64,000 nucleotides of DNA from Octopus vulgaris. Lineage: Eukaryota. The stretch's first letter is position 1, and each line of letters opens with the position of its first letter. Shown piece by piece: positions 25,498 to 40,189 of this stretch. The translations under genes and the position numbers were made by a program. The stretch lies in assembly GCA_951406725.2 (NCBI GenBank), contig OX597821.1:104842001-104906000 (forward strand). The letters run 5' to 3'. The notes under the pieces were generated by a model. It was given only the letters and a program-made list of their open reading frames with translations. It searched no databases and was not told the DNA's origin.

Positions 25498-26073
25498 ATT
25501 TCTACTCTAGGAACAAGGTCCGAAATTTTTGGGGAGGGAGCTAGTCGATTAGATCGAGCCAATACTACACAAATGGTACTTAATTTATCGACCCCAAAAG
25601 GATGAAAGGCAAAGTCAACCTCGGCGGAATTTTAACTCAGAACATGAAGACGGATGAAATACCTATTTCTTTGCTACCGACAAGGGGCTAAACACACAGA
25701 GGACAAAGACAGGCAAACGGATTAAGTCGATTATATCGACCCCAGTGCATAACTGGTACTTATGTAATCGACCCCGAAAGAATGAAAGGCAAAGTCGACC
25801 CCGGCGGAATTTGAACTCAGAACGCAGCGGTAGACGAAATACCTATTTATTTACTACCCACAAGGGGCTAAACACAGAGAGGACAAACAAGGCAGACAAA
25901 CAGATTAAGTCGATTATATCGACCCAGTGCGTAACTGGTACTTATTTAATCAACTCCGAAAGGTTGAAAAGCAAAGTCGACCTCTGCGGAATTTGAACTC
26001 AGAACGCAGCGGCGGACGAAATACCACAAAGCATTTCGTCCGGCGTGCTAACTTTTCTGTCAGCTCGCCGCCT
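25498..26073 (-). mobile_element. SINE family A trimer (one head plus two 5'-truncated units of about 180 bp)
   Basis: The core gacccc.aaag.atgaaaggcaaagtc.acc.cggcggaattt.aactcagaac occurs three times. The full head is present only at about 26025-26073. Confidence 0.85.
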
Positions 26074-26381
26074 CAAGCTTCGTATAAAACAACAGCAACA
26101 GATCTACTACAAGAGATATTCCATACAAGGCTATACCGACAATGTATATAGTAATGATTGTCATTAGTCTATATGTGTAGTTCTTTCCATGACATTAGGG
26201 GCTAATATGATGGTATTTGGCTGGTAACTGTAACATACCGTGGCACCATGTGATATATTATGAAGCGAAAATATAGAAAATGATTTAATACCATTTCAAC
26301 TTTATAAAGAACAGAGCCCTTCTGTCAAAAACCTTGTTGCCGTATGCAGCGTGACAATCTCGCAATATTTGCTCAGCAGAA

Positions 26382-26612
26382 GGGCGGCGAGCTGACAGAA
26401 TCATTAGCGCGCCGGACGAACTGCCTAGCTGTATTTCGTCTGCCGTTACGTTCCGAGTTCAAATTTCGCCGAAGTCGACTTTGGCTTTCATCCTTTCGGG
26501 GTCGATTAAATAAGTACCAGTTACGCACTGGGTCAATGCAATCGATTTAATCTCTTTATCTGTTCTTGTTTGTCCTCTCTATGTTTAATCTCATGTGAGC
26601 AATAAAGAAATG
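26382..26612 (+). mobile_element. SINE family A
   Basis: GGCGGCGAGCTGACAGAATCATTAGC...GAGTTCAAATTTCGCC...TTTCATCCTTTCGGGGTCGATT. Confidence 0.85.
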
Positions 26613-28973
26613 TATATTTGCACAGCAGCTGTGATATATATATTCCATTTTATACACGCTTGTAATTTCCGGTGAAAATAGAATAGCTGAGCGCTCTGGA
26701 ATATGTCAGAGAATGACAGACGTTTTCTTTACAACTAATTAGAAGTCCAATGTATTCAAGATTGGTGTTTTGACACCCGTGCAACCGTTGAGTTTCCAAA
26801 TATGCACAGGCTCTTTACGGTTCGCTGGATAGAGAGGAGTGACTGTGACTTTAATACTTTGCACTAATAGTGCACTGGGATGTTGTACTTATGTCCGAAC
26901 TATAAGAAGTGGTTGATAATTGCTACGAGAACGGACTCTGATATTCGAACATCCCAGTAGTGATTGGTATTTAGGTGTGGGGACAGCTGACGCCTATTTA
27001 TAACTTCTTTTGTATTGTAAAACTTAAACTTGCTTTCTTTGTTATATATTGCTTCTTGTTACTGAGATGCTGGTAACTTAATTCATACATGGTGAGCCTA
27101 TAACTGATATGACACACGATTTGCACAATGTTAATATTAATTCTTCTCCTGCCCAAAATGTCACATCTTTCATTACTCTAAGCATGCTTACCTATCTTTC
27201 ATTTTACTATGTTTGCATGTTTTCTCTTAATGATAAGGAAAATATTTGTGTAACTGCTAGTATGGCTTTATCTTTCGGGTTTTATGATTGTGTTTTAAAG
27301 CGTGTGATGTATTTTTGTTTCAGCGTGATGGTATGTAGTAAACATTCCGTAAATCTAAGACGGTAAATAATGAATCTGAAAATCCTACTTTAAATCTGTA
27401 ATTGGTAAGAATAATTTCGAACATATCTAAATAGTACTGAAACCGTTTTCAATTCTCAGAAGAATTATTGCAGCCTGTGAGTGACGTCATCTAAGACGTG
27501 CCGATATGTATGATTTTTAGAGCTTTAAGACATCCATATAAATATCCGTTGAAATTATGTGAGAGAATGAATCTATTTGGAAAACTGCAATTTCGAGAGA
27601 ATGATTCTCTTGTAGATTATATTGATTTAATTAACTGTATTAGTTTAGTAGGCTGTATTTTTTAACGTAATTTAGTAACATGTATTTTTGAATGAAATCT
27701 TTTGGTGGTGTATTTTATCTACGAGTTGATAGTGGGGAATGTCCTTGAAATTGTATAAATCAGTAATTTGTAAAAATGATCAAAAATCTTTGTTGATATC
27801 GGGGATTTCCAAAAGAGTACAACTATAAATCTTCATGTTTTTACTTCTATTCTGTAAATAAGGCGTAATGTAAATTGCGAATAAAGGTCTGAAATTAGAA
27901 TGTCGGTGGGACATGGTGGCCTTAATTTATATTTTGATTTGAAGGGGGAGATGTAACTTAAGAAGCTGCTCGTTTATAATCTTCATAGAATTTTGAGGGT
28001 GCTCGTAAAAATATGATGTAGTTTGTATGAGATTGCCTCGCGTGAGGAATTCAAATTTTTATAATTTAACCAACATTCAATATTCTGGGAATTTAGCAGG
28101 TGATGATGTAGAAGATGGTGAATGCCGTTACTCAGATTGTTTATAGATGATTTAAATATATGATTGTTATAATGCTTTTCCCTTAGGCACTTGAGGTTTT
28201 AAATTACTTTATTGATTGCGATGCATTTCCAAGAAGAAAAAAAAAAGCCTGGTGGTGTAGTAGGCGCAGTGTTCATTATTTTTCACAAGTATTCGTTCTG
28301 TTGGTTTTTTTAACGCTAATTTTCTCGGAATATATTGTGGTTAAATTTTCTTTTTGCGGCAGTTTGGGAATATTATTTGAAAGAAATAATAATTTTTATT
28401 GTAACATATGTTGGATTTTGACAACTTTCATTCGCAACAATAATGGTAATTACAATATATAATGATAAAATGTTAGTTTTAGCTTTGATGTAGTGTACAT
28501 ATATTTGGCACTTTTCTAGCTTTCTAGGAATATCTAACTGCGTTTAACTTTGCTTAATGTTGACTATTATTTTATCTCACTGCCATCGTCTTGCTCGCCA
28601 CAGGTCACAATTTGAAGCCATTTAAACTTTCTGTGAATCGACATCATTGGTTATTGGAATGTGCGTTAATTAATCATTTGTAGCTAATTGTGTTTCCATG
28701 GCCACATGTTTGTGTAGGACAAAATCGTATTAAAGGAAGGTATGGCTTTTATGTAACGGGTTTCTCGTTTTCACACTGAAGATGGATATTTTTGGTGTAT
28801 AAGCGGTATCTTTTATTTTACGATGTTTGTATTTATCACGTTTAGATGTGCAGAAAATTGTCATGTGTAAGGTGTGTTCTGCTGTCATAGATTGTGTATG
28901 AAACTGAAAAAAAACTGTTTCAACACAGACGATCACACATTCCTTCCACTTAGCCTTGTGCACGCGAATGCTT

Positions 28974-28975
<2 letters not shown>

Positions 28976-29041
<66 letters not shown>

Positions 29042-29047
29042 TAATAT
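28976..29047. repeat. (AAT)n microsatellite
   Basis: Directly visible. Confidence 0.95.
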
Positions 29048-29599
29048 TAAGAACCATCTCACATACACCGCGGTAAGTGATAAATATCTAATTTGTCTAC
29101 TTCAATATCATACAGACTCTATTGCAACATACACCAAAAAAATACTTACACCTCTGGAATATATATTTCGAATTCTCTTCTAAAACAGACAAACTAAATC
29201 CATGCACAATTGTACCACAGAATCCTTATCCCGATGTAAGATTTTTCAAGATAAAAGCAAATAACAAATCACTACCAAGTCCTTTGTTATGCAATATTGT
29301 TCCCGCTTATTAGATATGCAACACGTATCATAGAATGTCTTAAATGAATGGAAATCTGTGTAACGCGTAGAAGAAGCATGTGTATCGCCGATCTTATATC
29401 TATTACAATCGAAGCTTAACTTAACGTGTCGCATGCTGTTTGCATTTCATTTAGCCTAGTGTGCCAGTATGGTCGTGCTTGGTATTTTCCAGTAGTAATA
29501 TTTATGTTTTCGTCTTCAGCCCACCTCTGTACTGCGTCCACCTGCAACATTTGCACGCATTATGGTTTTGTAATACATATTCAGGGTCCCGTATCCTGT

Positions 29600-30196
29600 G
29601 ACTGGCTTTAGTTTCATCTGCATAGATTTCAAGGCTGACACATTGAGCAACCGAGGTGACCTGGGAGTGCCACTATGAATACCAGTGGCCCAAAGACGGT
29701 GACCATTAACTCACAACTCACTTGTTGTGTGACCTTAAGGTTGATGCCATTGGTGGATTCTATCTTTAAAATGTCGTGAACACAATCTCCAAGTTCTAGC
29801 CTATGCCGAAATTGCGCACCTTCCGATATATCATTCCAAGATTGCCTTTATCAAAGCTTTCGGAAATGTCGGGATATATCACGTCCATTTTTTAGTTGTT
29901 GAGCATTTCCTGTAACACCCGGTCGTAGTGCTGTATAATCTGTGTGAGGCAGCTTCGTCTTCGTCGGAGACCATGCAGAGTGTCAGTCAGCAATTCCTTC
30001 TCTTCAAGGAATGCAAGTAGTTTCCTTCTGATAATTCGTTCTCTAAATTTGATGTTGTCTAAGGTCACACAGACAGGCGTATAATTTCTGGCCTTAAAGG
30101 TTATCATTTATAAGAAAGCTCTGTAAAAGAAGCTGCAGTGATTTTGCGAGGACTCATTTCAATGATTTCAGAAAGATTGCTCGGAATCCATCAGAT
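29600..30196 (-). mobile_element. CR1-clade LINE reverse transcriptase fragment, degenerate
   Basis: KARNYTPVCVT..IKFRERIIRRKLLAFLEEKELLTDTLHGLRRRRSCLTQII corresponds to NYRPISL..ERII...QHGFR..RSCLTQL, followed by MDVIY.D..SFDK. Confidence 0.8.
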
Positions 30197-30235
30197 TTAG
30201 AGTTAGGGTTAGGGTTAGGACCGAGTTTCCATCTG

Positions 30236-30277
<42 letters not shown>

Positions 30278-30770
30278 GCGTATGTGTGTGTGTCTCTGTG
30301 TGTAAGTACGTTGGTGTGTATCCACAATTCTATGTTCACTGAAACTTGAAACATAAACGGGTGTACGTATTTATACAACAGTATGACATTTTGACCCAGT
30401 GATATACAGATAATGTTGCTGTATTCTTATTGCTTTGTGGCTAATGGCGTTGCAGATATACCGTTGAGCTTGGATGATATTGTGCTGGCCATTTTACAAA
30501 GCAAGTAATAATATATTCTCGCACGTTTTATCATAAGGTAGCTAGTGATACATTTATTAAGGACAAAGCGGTTCTTATTGTTGTTTGTGATTTTTCTGCT
30601 AGCAGGTGGCATCGTTGTTGTAGAAAGTGTTGACAAATGTCATTATTTGGAATGAAAGCGCATCAGGCATTATTGAGATTGACGCAGGAATAGAAACGGT
30701 GGCGAGGCGAGAAAGGTGGTGGTGGCGGCGGCGGCAGGAATGGTGTGTATTTTTTTCCGTTCTGTTGTGG

Positions 30771-30896
30771 TGGTGGCAGAAGCAGTGGCAGTAGCAGTAG
30801 CGTGGAGCTGGTTTCAACATCTTTCATTCCAGATGATATAAGCAAATTGAAGATTCATCATAACTAAGCAACGGTGTATGCGCGAACACATGTATA
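30771..30896. repeat. 126-bp direct repeat, copy 1 (copy 2 at 35741-35866)
   Basis: tggtggcagaagcagtg...ggtttcaacatctttcattccagatgatataagcaaatt...gaacacatgtata occurs twice with few mismatches. Confidence 0.9.
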
Positions 30897-30921
30897 CATA
30901 TGTATATAAATACATACATAT

Positions 30922-31017
<96 letters not shown>

Positions 31018-31160
31018 TACATGCATAAATGCATGTGTGGATGGGGGTATGTAGATATGTGTACTTGTATGTGTATGACTGCGTGTATGCACGTATGTTT
31101 ATTTGTATATACATATATATATATCATATATATATATATATATATACTATATATATATAC

Positions 31161-31249
<89 letters not shown>

Positions 31250-31325
31250 ATACAAATATATACATATAAATAGATATATTCCTATATATATATGTATATA
31301 GGTGTGCGATCATATATGTGTGTGT
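30897..31325. repeat. (TA)n-dominated microsatellite region
   Basis: Directly visible. Confidence 0.9.
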
Positions 31326-31976
31326 ATGTCACTGTATGTTTATGTGTAGCTATAACGGCTATTTCGAGCAGAAACTAGATATATTTGCTGAGCGCGTCAT
31401 TTACAAAGAATGGACTTCCTCTCTGTATCAACAGCATGGTCACAAACGCCATCACTACTACTACTACTACTACTACTACTAGGAAAATATTTTAAAAGCG
31501 CTATAACCACTATATCTAAGAAATTCACTTAAACATTCATCGTAAAATGTAAACCTGTAACAACAACATTAGCAAGACCAATAATAACTAACAACATAAG
31601 CATTAATAACACCAATTCATCATGAGAAATGTAAAGAAAAAACCTACAAAAATATAATAAAAATAAAGCAGAGAAAATAATACAAAAACGAGAATCAATA
31701 GGATGTACGATTGCATGCGAGCTGAGATGCTAGTGATGCTTGCAATAACGGAAGTAGTCCGATCCATTTCCTGTGGAGCTACTAACCATCTTATTCATTG
31801 CATATATAAAAGAAACATGGCTTCCTTTGTTGTTGCAGTATATAACTGAAGTAACGAAAGCACATCGCCTGTTTTCAATACGCCACCACGTACATGATGG
31901 GTGTCTCTATTTATGATGGTGATGATAATGATAGTGATGTAGATGCTCTTGTTTTTGGTGGTTGATGATGATGATA

Positions 31977-32009
<33 letters not shown>

Positions 32010-32533
32010 TTGATGAAGATGACGGTCGTTATAATGATTATAGTTGCATGATGATGGCGATTGTATGACTGACTTCAATGCGAGCAAGAAAAAAATGGAA
32101 GCGTTATAGATATTTTCTTCGTGTGATGAGTTGCAAAAAATTTCTTCAATATCTACATATTTATTTATAAGAATGGGTGTGTGCGTATGTGTGTCTGTGT
32201 GCTTGTAATATGTGCTTGGTGTGGTTGTATGTATGCATCTGACACTAAGCAGTAACATGAGAAATGTGTGTAGATACACTTGTGTATATATACACAAACA
32301 CACATATATATATACATCCATACATACACACACACATACACACACATACATATATATATATATATGTGTATATATATATATGTATATATATATATAGAGA
32401 GAGAGAGAGAGCGAGAGAGATAGATAGATGTATGTATGTTCGTATCTATCTCGATGTAATTGATATATGCATGTGTGTGCATGTGTCTGCGCCAGTGTGT
32501 GTGTATACGTATATATATACATATGTATATATA

Positions 32534-32568
<35 letters not shown>

Positions 32569-32653
32569 TATGTATGTATATATATATATTATATACGGAT
32601 ATATATTATATATATATATTTATGTATATTATATATTATAAATGTATATATGC

Positions 32654-32700
<47 letters not shown>

Positions 32701-34137
32701 CACAATGATGCAAGTATATACAGTATACGCATACAACCACACAAATGTTGACTTCTTTCTATTACATTCAAGGACAAGTCGCTTTGATTTCTACCATTTT
32801 CATTCATCTGTAGACTAATTCCTGCTACCGGAATTAGAAGAATATAATGGAAAGGAAGTTAAATATATCAATGGCGATTGAAAATCGATTCGCAAATTGA
32901 AATGTCTGGAAGTCATATATATCAAAATCGTTAACAGGAATGTATTACGTATTCCAACAAATTGCATGTTTCAAATAGGTGAACGCAGTCTTAATGTCTT
33001 TTTTTCTTCTTTTCATTTTCACAGTCATTGGATTCTAACAATGTAGGGGTATTTATAAATTTTAATAGATAACTTTGGGTCCTTGTCTATTTGCTTAGGA
33101 TATAATCTGTGTAAATAAGTTGGGAGGGAAGTGAATGTCGCAAGTATCATATCATTAAAAGCACTGGCACACCAGCTCAAAGATTAACGTGGTTTATTCC
33201 TGTTACTCTGCCGAGAAGGATATCCAAATATTAGTGAGATGTTAGCATTACGATAGAGAGGTGTCCCGTTCAAGAGGGAGTTCTGTAATATTAGTCACTT
33301 ATACGGGTTAAGCTACGTCCTCATGAGTGCTGGGGCTCATGATAGAAGTTAAAGATGCAAGGCGTGCTTGGAATAGTCGGGAAATATCACAAATGTACTG
33401 AAATGTTCAGGGAGTGGTGTATAAAGTACATTTAGACAAGTTCCTCTATCAAACTGCGTGGGCACAGCTGGAAAGACAGCTTGACTAAATCTAGCCAAAC
33501 ATGGTGTATACTTGTAGTTGAAATTTACAGAAAAACAAAAGACGAAGACTAGTGTATATACAACAAGCATGTGTATTAGTTTGACGCTTGGGAAGGCGAG
33601 AAAGTTTTTTTTTATGTTTCGAGCCTACGCTCTTCAACAGAAAGGAACACGATGAAATAAACAGAGAGCGAATAAAAATAAAATAAAAAGCCTCTGGATT
33701 TCACCGCCAATCATGGCGACAACTTGTAGCTATTCAAGAATCGACAGCAGTGTTTAACTGAAGCAACATCCTTGTTTTATGCAGAACATATATGATATTA
33801 TTATGATAACACGCAGTAAAGTCATTGGGGAGTGACGCATATCTAAACGTCATGTGTTTCGAAATAAATGCTAAGACTTGTGCATGCATTATATGCACGA
33901 TTTCGTTTGGCGAACACAAATATCTATATCAACAGATTGGCAAACGTGGTCAGATAACGTGACTCGAGGCATATCGGTTTGCGCATTTACGTAATAGTTC
34001 AAAACGTTGGCCACGTTATCTTAACATTTCTTTCGAAATCGCTGTTACTCGATAAAGTAATGACTAAAATATAGGTAAAATATCCTCTTGCAAATTAATA
34101 TGCATACATACACACACATATACGCGTACATATATAG

Positions 34138-34705
<568 letters not shown>

Positions 34706-34712
34706 CTGTTCG

Positions 34713-34888
34713 GAGAAGCAAAGGCCTAGTGGCTATGGCGGCGGACTCGTGGTCAGTGGATCGCGGTTTCGATTCCCAGATCGGGCATTGTGTGTGTTTA
34801 TTGAGCGAAAACATCTAAAAGCTCCTCGAGGCTCCGGTAGGAGGTGATGGTGACCCCTGTTGTACTCTTTCCCCACAACTTTCTCTCA
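34713..34888 (+). mobile_element. SINE family B, 3'-truncated
   Basis: GGCCTAGTGGCTATGGCGGCGGACTCGTGGTC...GGTTTCGATTCCCAGATCGGG...ccacaactttctctca. Confidence 0.8.
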
Positions 34889-34918
34889 TGGTGACGTTTA
34901 TCGATTATATATATATAC

Positions 34919-34984
<66 letters not shown>

Positions 34985-35004
34985 CGTGCATCCACACACA
35001 CATA

Positions 35005-35400
35005 TATGTATGTCCCCACATAATTGGGTGTTGAAATAAATGATGAACCATTCAAATCTGGATGTGATGTCTCTTATTTGCAATGGGCTTTGTGTGATTT
35101 GAACACATATATACATATGTCACAAGCTATGGAAACACGACGTCATTGGAAAACTCAGAGAGTGGATTCATGACTACTTAAAAGACAGAATCAATGCTGC
35201 AGGAGCCAACCAATCCATCTAGAAGGTGACAGTATTAACTTGTTGGCCGCACGCTGGGCATACAACACAGCGGTGTTGCGGCCACTGCTGATTATGGTAT
35301 CTCTTTTAGTCATGGCATATGTTACATAGACAGCCATGCAAAAGATATTAGCGGTACTAGCCATGCCAATGGAACAAATATGTAACAAGCAATCCAAGAA
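35005..35400 (+). mobile_element. CR1-clade LINE RT remnant, highly degenerate
   Basis: ICHKLWKHDVIGKLREWIHDYLKDR is homologous to ICHKLRDLGIAGKHGVWLQDFLKDR of the 43581 element. Confidence 0.6.
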
Positions 35401-35740
35401 AATTTCGATGCTACTCTTCTCTGCTAGACTGTGGAAGCATAGCTCTGTGTTTTCCTGTCTCAACGTTTTGAAAATCTGAGAAATATTTAAAACTACATAT
35501 GAAAACGAATCGCAGTGCATGTTCGCCCTCTGTTTTCCTATATTTCTTCCAGTTTTGAATCAAATAAATTTGTTTTCCATATATACATGGATATATTGAT
35601 ATACATACGTATACCTACATATACATATATATAATAGTGAAATATGTGTGTGAATAATCCATATTTGTATTGCTTTACTTTTGTCTTGCTTGATTACATT
35701 GTGGTTGTTTCGCTGAATTTTTCTTGAGAACATTTCTTAA

Positions 35741-35866
35741 TGGTGGCAGAAGCAGTGCTGGTAGCAGTAGCGTGGAGCTGGTTTCAACATCTTTCATTCC
35801 AGATGATATAAGCAAATTAAAGATTCATCATAACTAAGCAACAGTGCATGCACGAACACATGTATA
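35741..35866. repeat. 126-bp direct repeat, copy 2
   Basis: See 30771-30896. Confidence 0.9.
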
Positions 35867-35934
35867 AATAGCGGATCTATTTCTAGCCTAAGGGTGGCCA
35901 CATAGTGGTTATCCCTCTCATATCTATGTATATT

Positions 35935-35985
<51 letters not shown>

Positions 35986-36020
35986 CTATATATATACATA
36001 TCTATATATATTTATGTATG

Positions 36021-36055
<35 letters not shown>

Positions 36056-36081
36056 GCACACACATATATATATACATATGC

Positions 36082-36122
<41 letters not shown>

Positions 36123-37299
36123 CACGTATGTATGTGTACATCTATATACATGTGTGTGTTTGACTCTATACGGAGTGCTGGAGCGTTGGAGTATATATAT
36201 ATCCATTATTATTTGTAATGAAATTTACGTTTAGCAGAATGATTGCTTAAGTCCAATTCCACGTAATTCTGTGCATGTGTTTATGAGTGTATATGCCACT
36301 CCATTGTGGCACACATGTGTGCGTTTGATATTTTTATATGCTTCTATTTCGCGTATTTGCTCTTCATAATCTAATATTTTTGTTGGCAATATTGCTTATT
36401 GATTGAGATAGTTTCTGTATTAATAAAAGCAAAACGTAATATGAAAATACGAAAAGAAAAGAGAGAACCGCACAGAAGTAGAAAGGAAAAAGAAGGTACT
36501 TAATATCTCTGACTACAGAAAATATCAACACTAAGGGTCGAATAAGGAGGCGAATATATATCTCACATTAACCATATGAACGCTTTACTGGCGCATAAAA
36601 CATGACAGATTTTATGCTATTGAATGGAAATTGCTCAGGATCTTAGATTTGGAAGTTTATTGATAAACGTATACGATAAAATAGACTGTTATGCCGACCA
36701 ACTGATTCAATTAATAAATCGATCTTTATAGATGAGGTTATTGCGATGAAGCTTATTTTGGAATTACGTAATTATGCAATTTCTCTGCAGTATATCATTC
36801 AACGATTTCACAAATCCCTGCAAGCTTTGAATGAATCACTACCATCGTATCATGCAAAGATTTCTTCCAGTATTGAGAGATATTAATAGAAAATCATATT
36901 CAAACAAATGCTGCTATCATGATACACATGAGTGTCATTAAAATAAGGAAATAACAGAAAATTGAGTATAGATTGCCTAGACATTTTCATGAGTTTTTAA
37001 GAAATAGAAAAAAAAAGAAAAAATAATACCAGTGGTACACAGTTAACCTATTCATCCAAGGTATATAAAATATTTGCTGACAATGCAAAGGATATGATTA
37101 GAGTCCAACCCAATAGGTCGAGCGTTAATTCAACTTAATTGCATATAGTGGAATGTAGAAAGCACCCGCAATTTTATAAGGAAGAAAAAACATATAGTTG
37201 ACACCGACCATTCCCTATATAAGAACGTCATAATGGTTGAATAAGTATTTTACTGTTATATTAAGTTCTGGAAACATACATATACACAGACGCGCACGA

Positions 37300-37371
<72 letters not shown>

Positions 37372-37567
37372 TTAAATAATAATGGTGTAAAACTGAATAT
37401 TAATTTGCTTAATATCAATTTAAACCATTGGCCTAGCATATTGAAAAATTTGAAGATTCAGAATAATTATATTGCATATATATAACAGGGACGACCACTA
37501 AGTGGTCATCCATCGTATATGTATATACTCACAATATATAACATATATACACACATACATTTACATA

Positions 37568-37654
<87 letters not shown>

Positions 37655-39059
37655 ATACAGGGCGTTAGCAACTAAGCAAGCAACATGAAATGCGTAAAAA
37701 CAGGACAAGTAACCACAGAGAAAGGACCCTTCATTAGTTCCCGCTGTCAACCTAATCTTGATTTCGCGCATTCAATGACGGTAAATGTAAAAAGAAAAAA
37801 ATTCACACTAGGTATAAGGGTAATGGCTGTGTTTATAAAAGCAGATATATACATACAAATAAATGATTTAAGAAGTATAAAATGTATTATCATGAGTCAA
37901 TATAGAGAGTCATAACGGATTCATCATCGCTGTTCACTGACTTTCAATCAACACCGATTTGTGCTGGATCTAATATTACCCGAGAAGAATTATTGCAAGG
38001 AAGGTAAGCTGTTCTGAAAGTGATGCAGTTAGGTTAATATTCTTAATAGTGTATGAATGGTATATGGTATGTATGATAATTAGTGGGAGTATTGGAAATA
38101 GTAAGGTTAGTAGTGTACTGTATTAAGTAATGTGTTCATGCTAAGTTGTGGTTGATAAGTATTAATGAAATATGCCTCTTTGTTTAGTTTTTACTGGACT
38201 GAGGTGTTCTGGGATCATTGATAAAACGGAAAACTTCGGAAGCTTCGTTTAAGGTTCCTAGCACATCCTATTCAGTCTGATCAATGAATTGTGTTTGTCT
38301 ATATTGTGGGAAACGGATTTGTTCTTTGTGAAGCGTAGTTCGTCATCTGAGGGATATTCGTGTTTGGCCTATATAGTGGTTTCCGCAACTTAAGCATGTA
38401 ATAACATACATTAGACTTTCAAAGGCACAAGTGTAAATTGACTTTTCTTAAGTATTTCACCCTGTTTGACGTGAAATTCTGTACCTTCCAAACGGTGGGG
38501 GCATGGATTCCTTCTTAAAGGATATAGACTTGCGCCGGTTGCAGTTTGCTTTTGATAATATTTGTGAGCCCAAAATTTTGTTCAGTGTGAATTTTCTTTG
38601 TTTCTTTTTACTTTTCCCTATTAATACCACGCGTAGTCTCTTATTTTGAAACCTGTATCTTTTATATATATATATATATTTATATATATATACACACACT
38701 TTATAATCAGGGTTCAGCAAAGATTGGCATCAAGTTTTACAAAAGCTTGGCGATACCGCTTCAGAAATAGTAGCCAAAAAACCTTAGCTATTTCTTCTAC
38801 TTTAAAACGAGACTCCCGTTTTAAAGAATTAGATTCAAATAACCATTCATTTGCAAATACTTTATGGAAATATATTGAGGTCTGTTACCGGCGTCAACCC
38901 ATCAGATTTATGTATTTATCCAGCAAATACAAAATAATAGTAGATACATACACAATCCGCACGCACTCTCACATACTCTCTCACACGCACACGCACATAT
39001 ATATGTGTATATGTGTGTCTGTTGGTATATATATATATGTTTGTGTGTGTGTGTGTGTG

Positions 39060-39322
39060 TGTGGTCTGATCAATAGGTGTCCGGATAATTGCCATAGCTA
39101 CATCTGGCAGACTGAAGCCGTTTGAATCAGATTGGCATTAACCTCCGCTGTGCATGCGCACTACGTGTTAACGTTCTAGCTCACTTCCACTATTTACGGA
39201 AATGATTGGAAGGAAGATGTGTGGCGTGTGATCGTCGCACTGAACCTAACAGAGAAGGTTGAGCAAAGAATTGGCATCAAGTTTTACAAAAGCTTGGCGA
39301 TACCGCTTCAGAAGCCAACGCA
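39060..39322 (+). mobile_element. mariner 5' end fragment
   Basis: TIR-like gtggtctgatcaataggtgtccgga and the N-terminal transposase remnant EKVEQRIGIKFY. Confidence 0.55.
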
Positions 39323-39822
39323 AAGTTTTCACGAAATTTTTATTGTTGTTGACACAAACAGAAAGATGTTGTGCCACTGAAACTCGAGTGTCTTTTGGTC
39401 AGCTGAAAGTAGTTTTGGCACAAACGTGGCAGGCACGCCTCTGATACCTAAATTTTCAGTCAATATGGACTGAGCAGAACCATAATCCTTTTGTACATCG
39501 TCTGATACCACAGATCTTTCGGATAAAGAAACATCACCGTAAACTGCGCATATTTCTTTGGTTGTTTGTGAGGCATTTTTCCCTTTACGGAAGACGAAAC
39601 ACATCAAGTGCCGAAAATGAACTTTCTTATCTTCCATTTTAAAGAGTTACAGAATTAACACATGTTATAGGGATATAAACCTTCTTTCCCGAAAATATAG
39701 CTTAAACTGTGCTCTAAATGGAGGTGTGGTCAAATCCTATTTTATGGACTCAAACACGTTGTAAAATAAGTCGAAAGGAAAGCTGATATAAATCGGCGCG
39801 AACTTTCCGGACAACCCAATAT
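39323..39822 (-). mobile_element. mariner 5' end with internally deleted transposase
   Basis: TIR TATTGGGTTGTCCGGAAAGTTCG on the minus strand, then MEDKKVHFRHLMCFVFRKGKNASQTTKEICAVYG (HTH) and ILTENLG...FVPKLLS (WVPHEL-type motif). Confidence 0.85.
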
Positions 39823-39929
39823 GAATAGCTTGCATCCTGAAATTTATACATCAAATTTTGCTAAATGGCCTACAACCTAGTGCCGTCACGTGGTAAATTA
39901 AATCTATGTTCACTTTACATACTGATATA

Positions 39930-39982
<53 letters not shown>

Positions 39983-40074
39983 ACTTTTTAAAGTACAGTG
40001 GACACAATAAACAAAAGTAGATGCGCTGACGTTATCGCAGAAACTAGACTGATAACAAAGTAAATTAATTTTTG

Positions 40075-40182
40075 TTTTAAAAGCCTAGTACTTATTCTAT
40101 CCGTCTCTTTTGCCGAACTTACGTGTACGTAAAAACACCAGCATCGATTGTCAAGCGATGTTGGGGGGACAAACACAGACTC
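40075..40182 (-). mobile_element. SINE family C body fragment
   Basis: cctagtacttattctatc...ttgtcaagcgatgttggggggacaaacacagac is homologous to 43460-43552. Confidence 0.65.
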
Positions 40183-40189
40183 AGCCTCT

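Noticed and set aside
27380-28470. Possible decayed retroelement coding sequence (also at about 37950-38640 and 61400-61920)
   Set aside because: The composition is suggestive, but I could not read diagnostic motifs with confidence; a translated HMM search is needed.
30197-30220. TTAGAG-TTAGGG-TTAGGG-TTAGGA telomere-like repeat at the end of a CR1 fragment
   Set aside because: Only two perfect units, too short to claim an interstitial telomere or telomerase healing.
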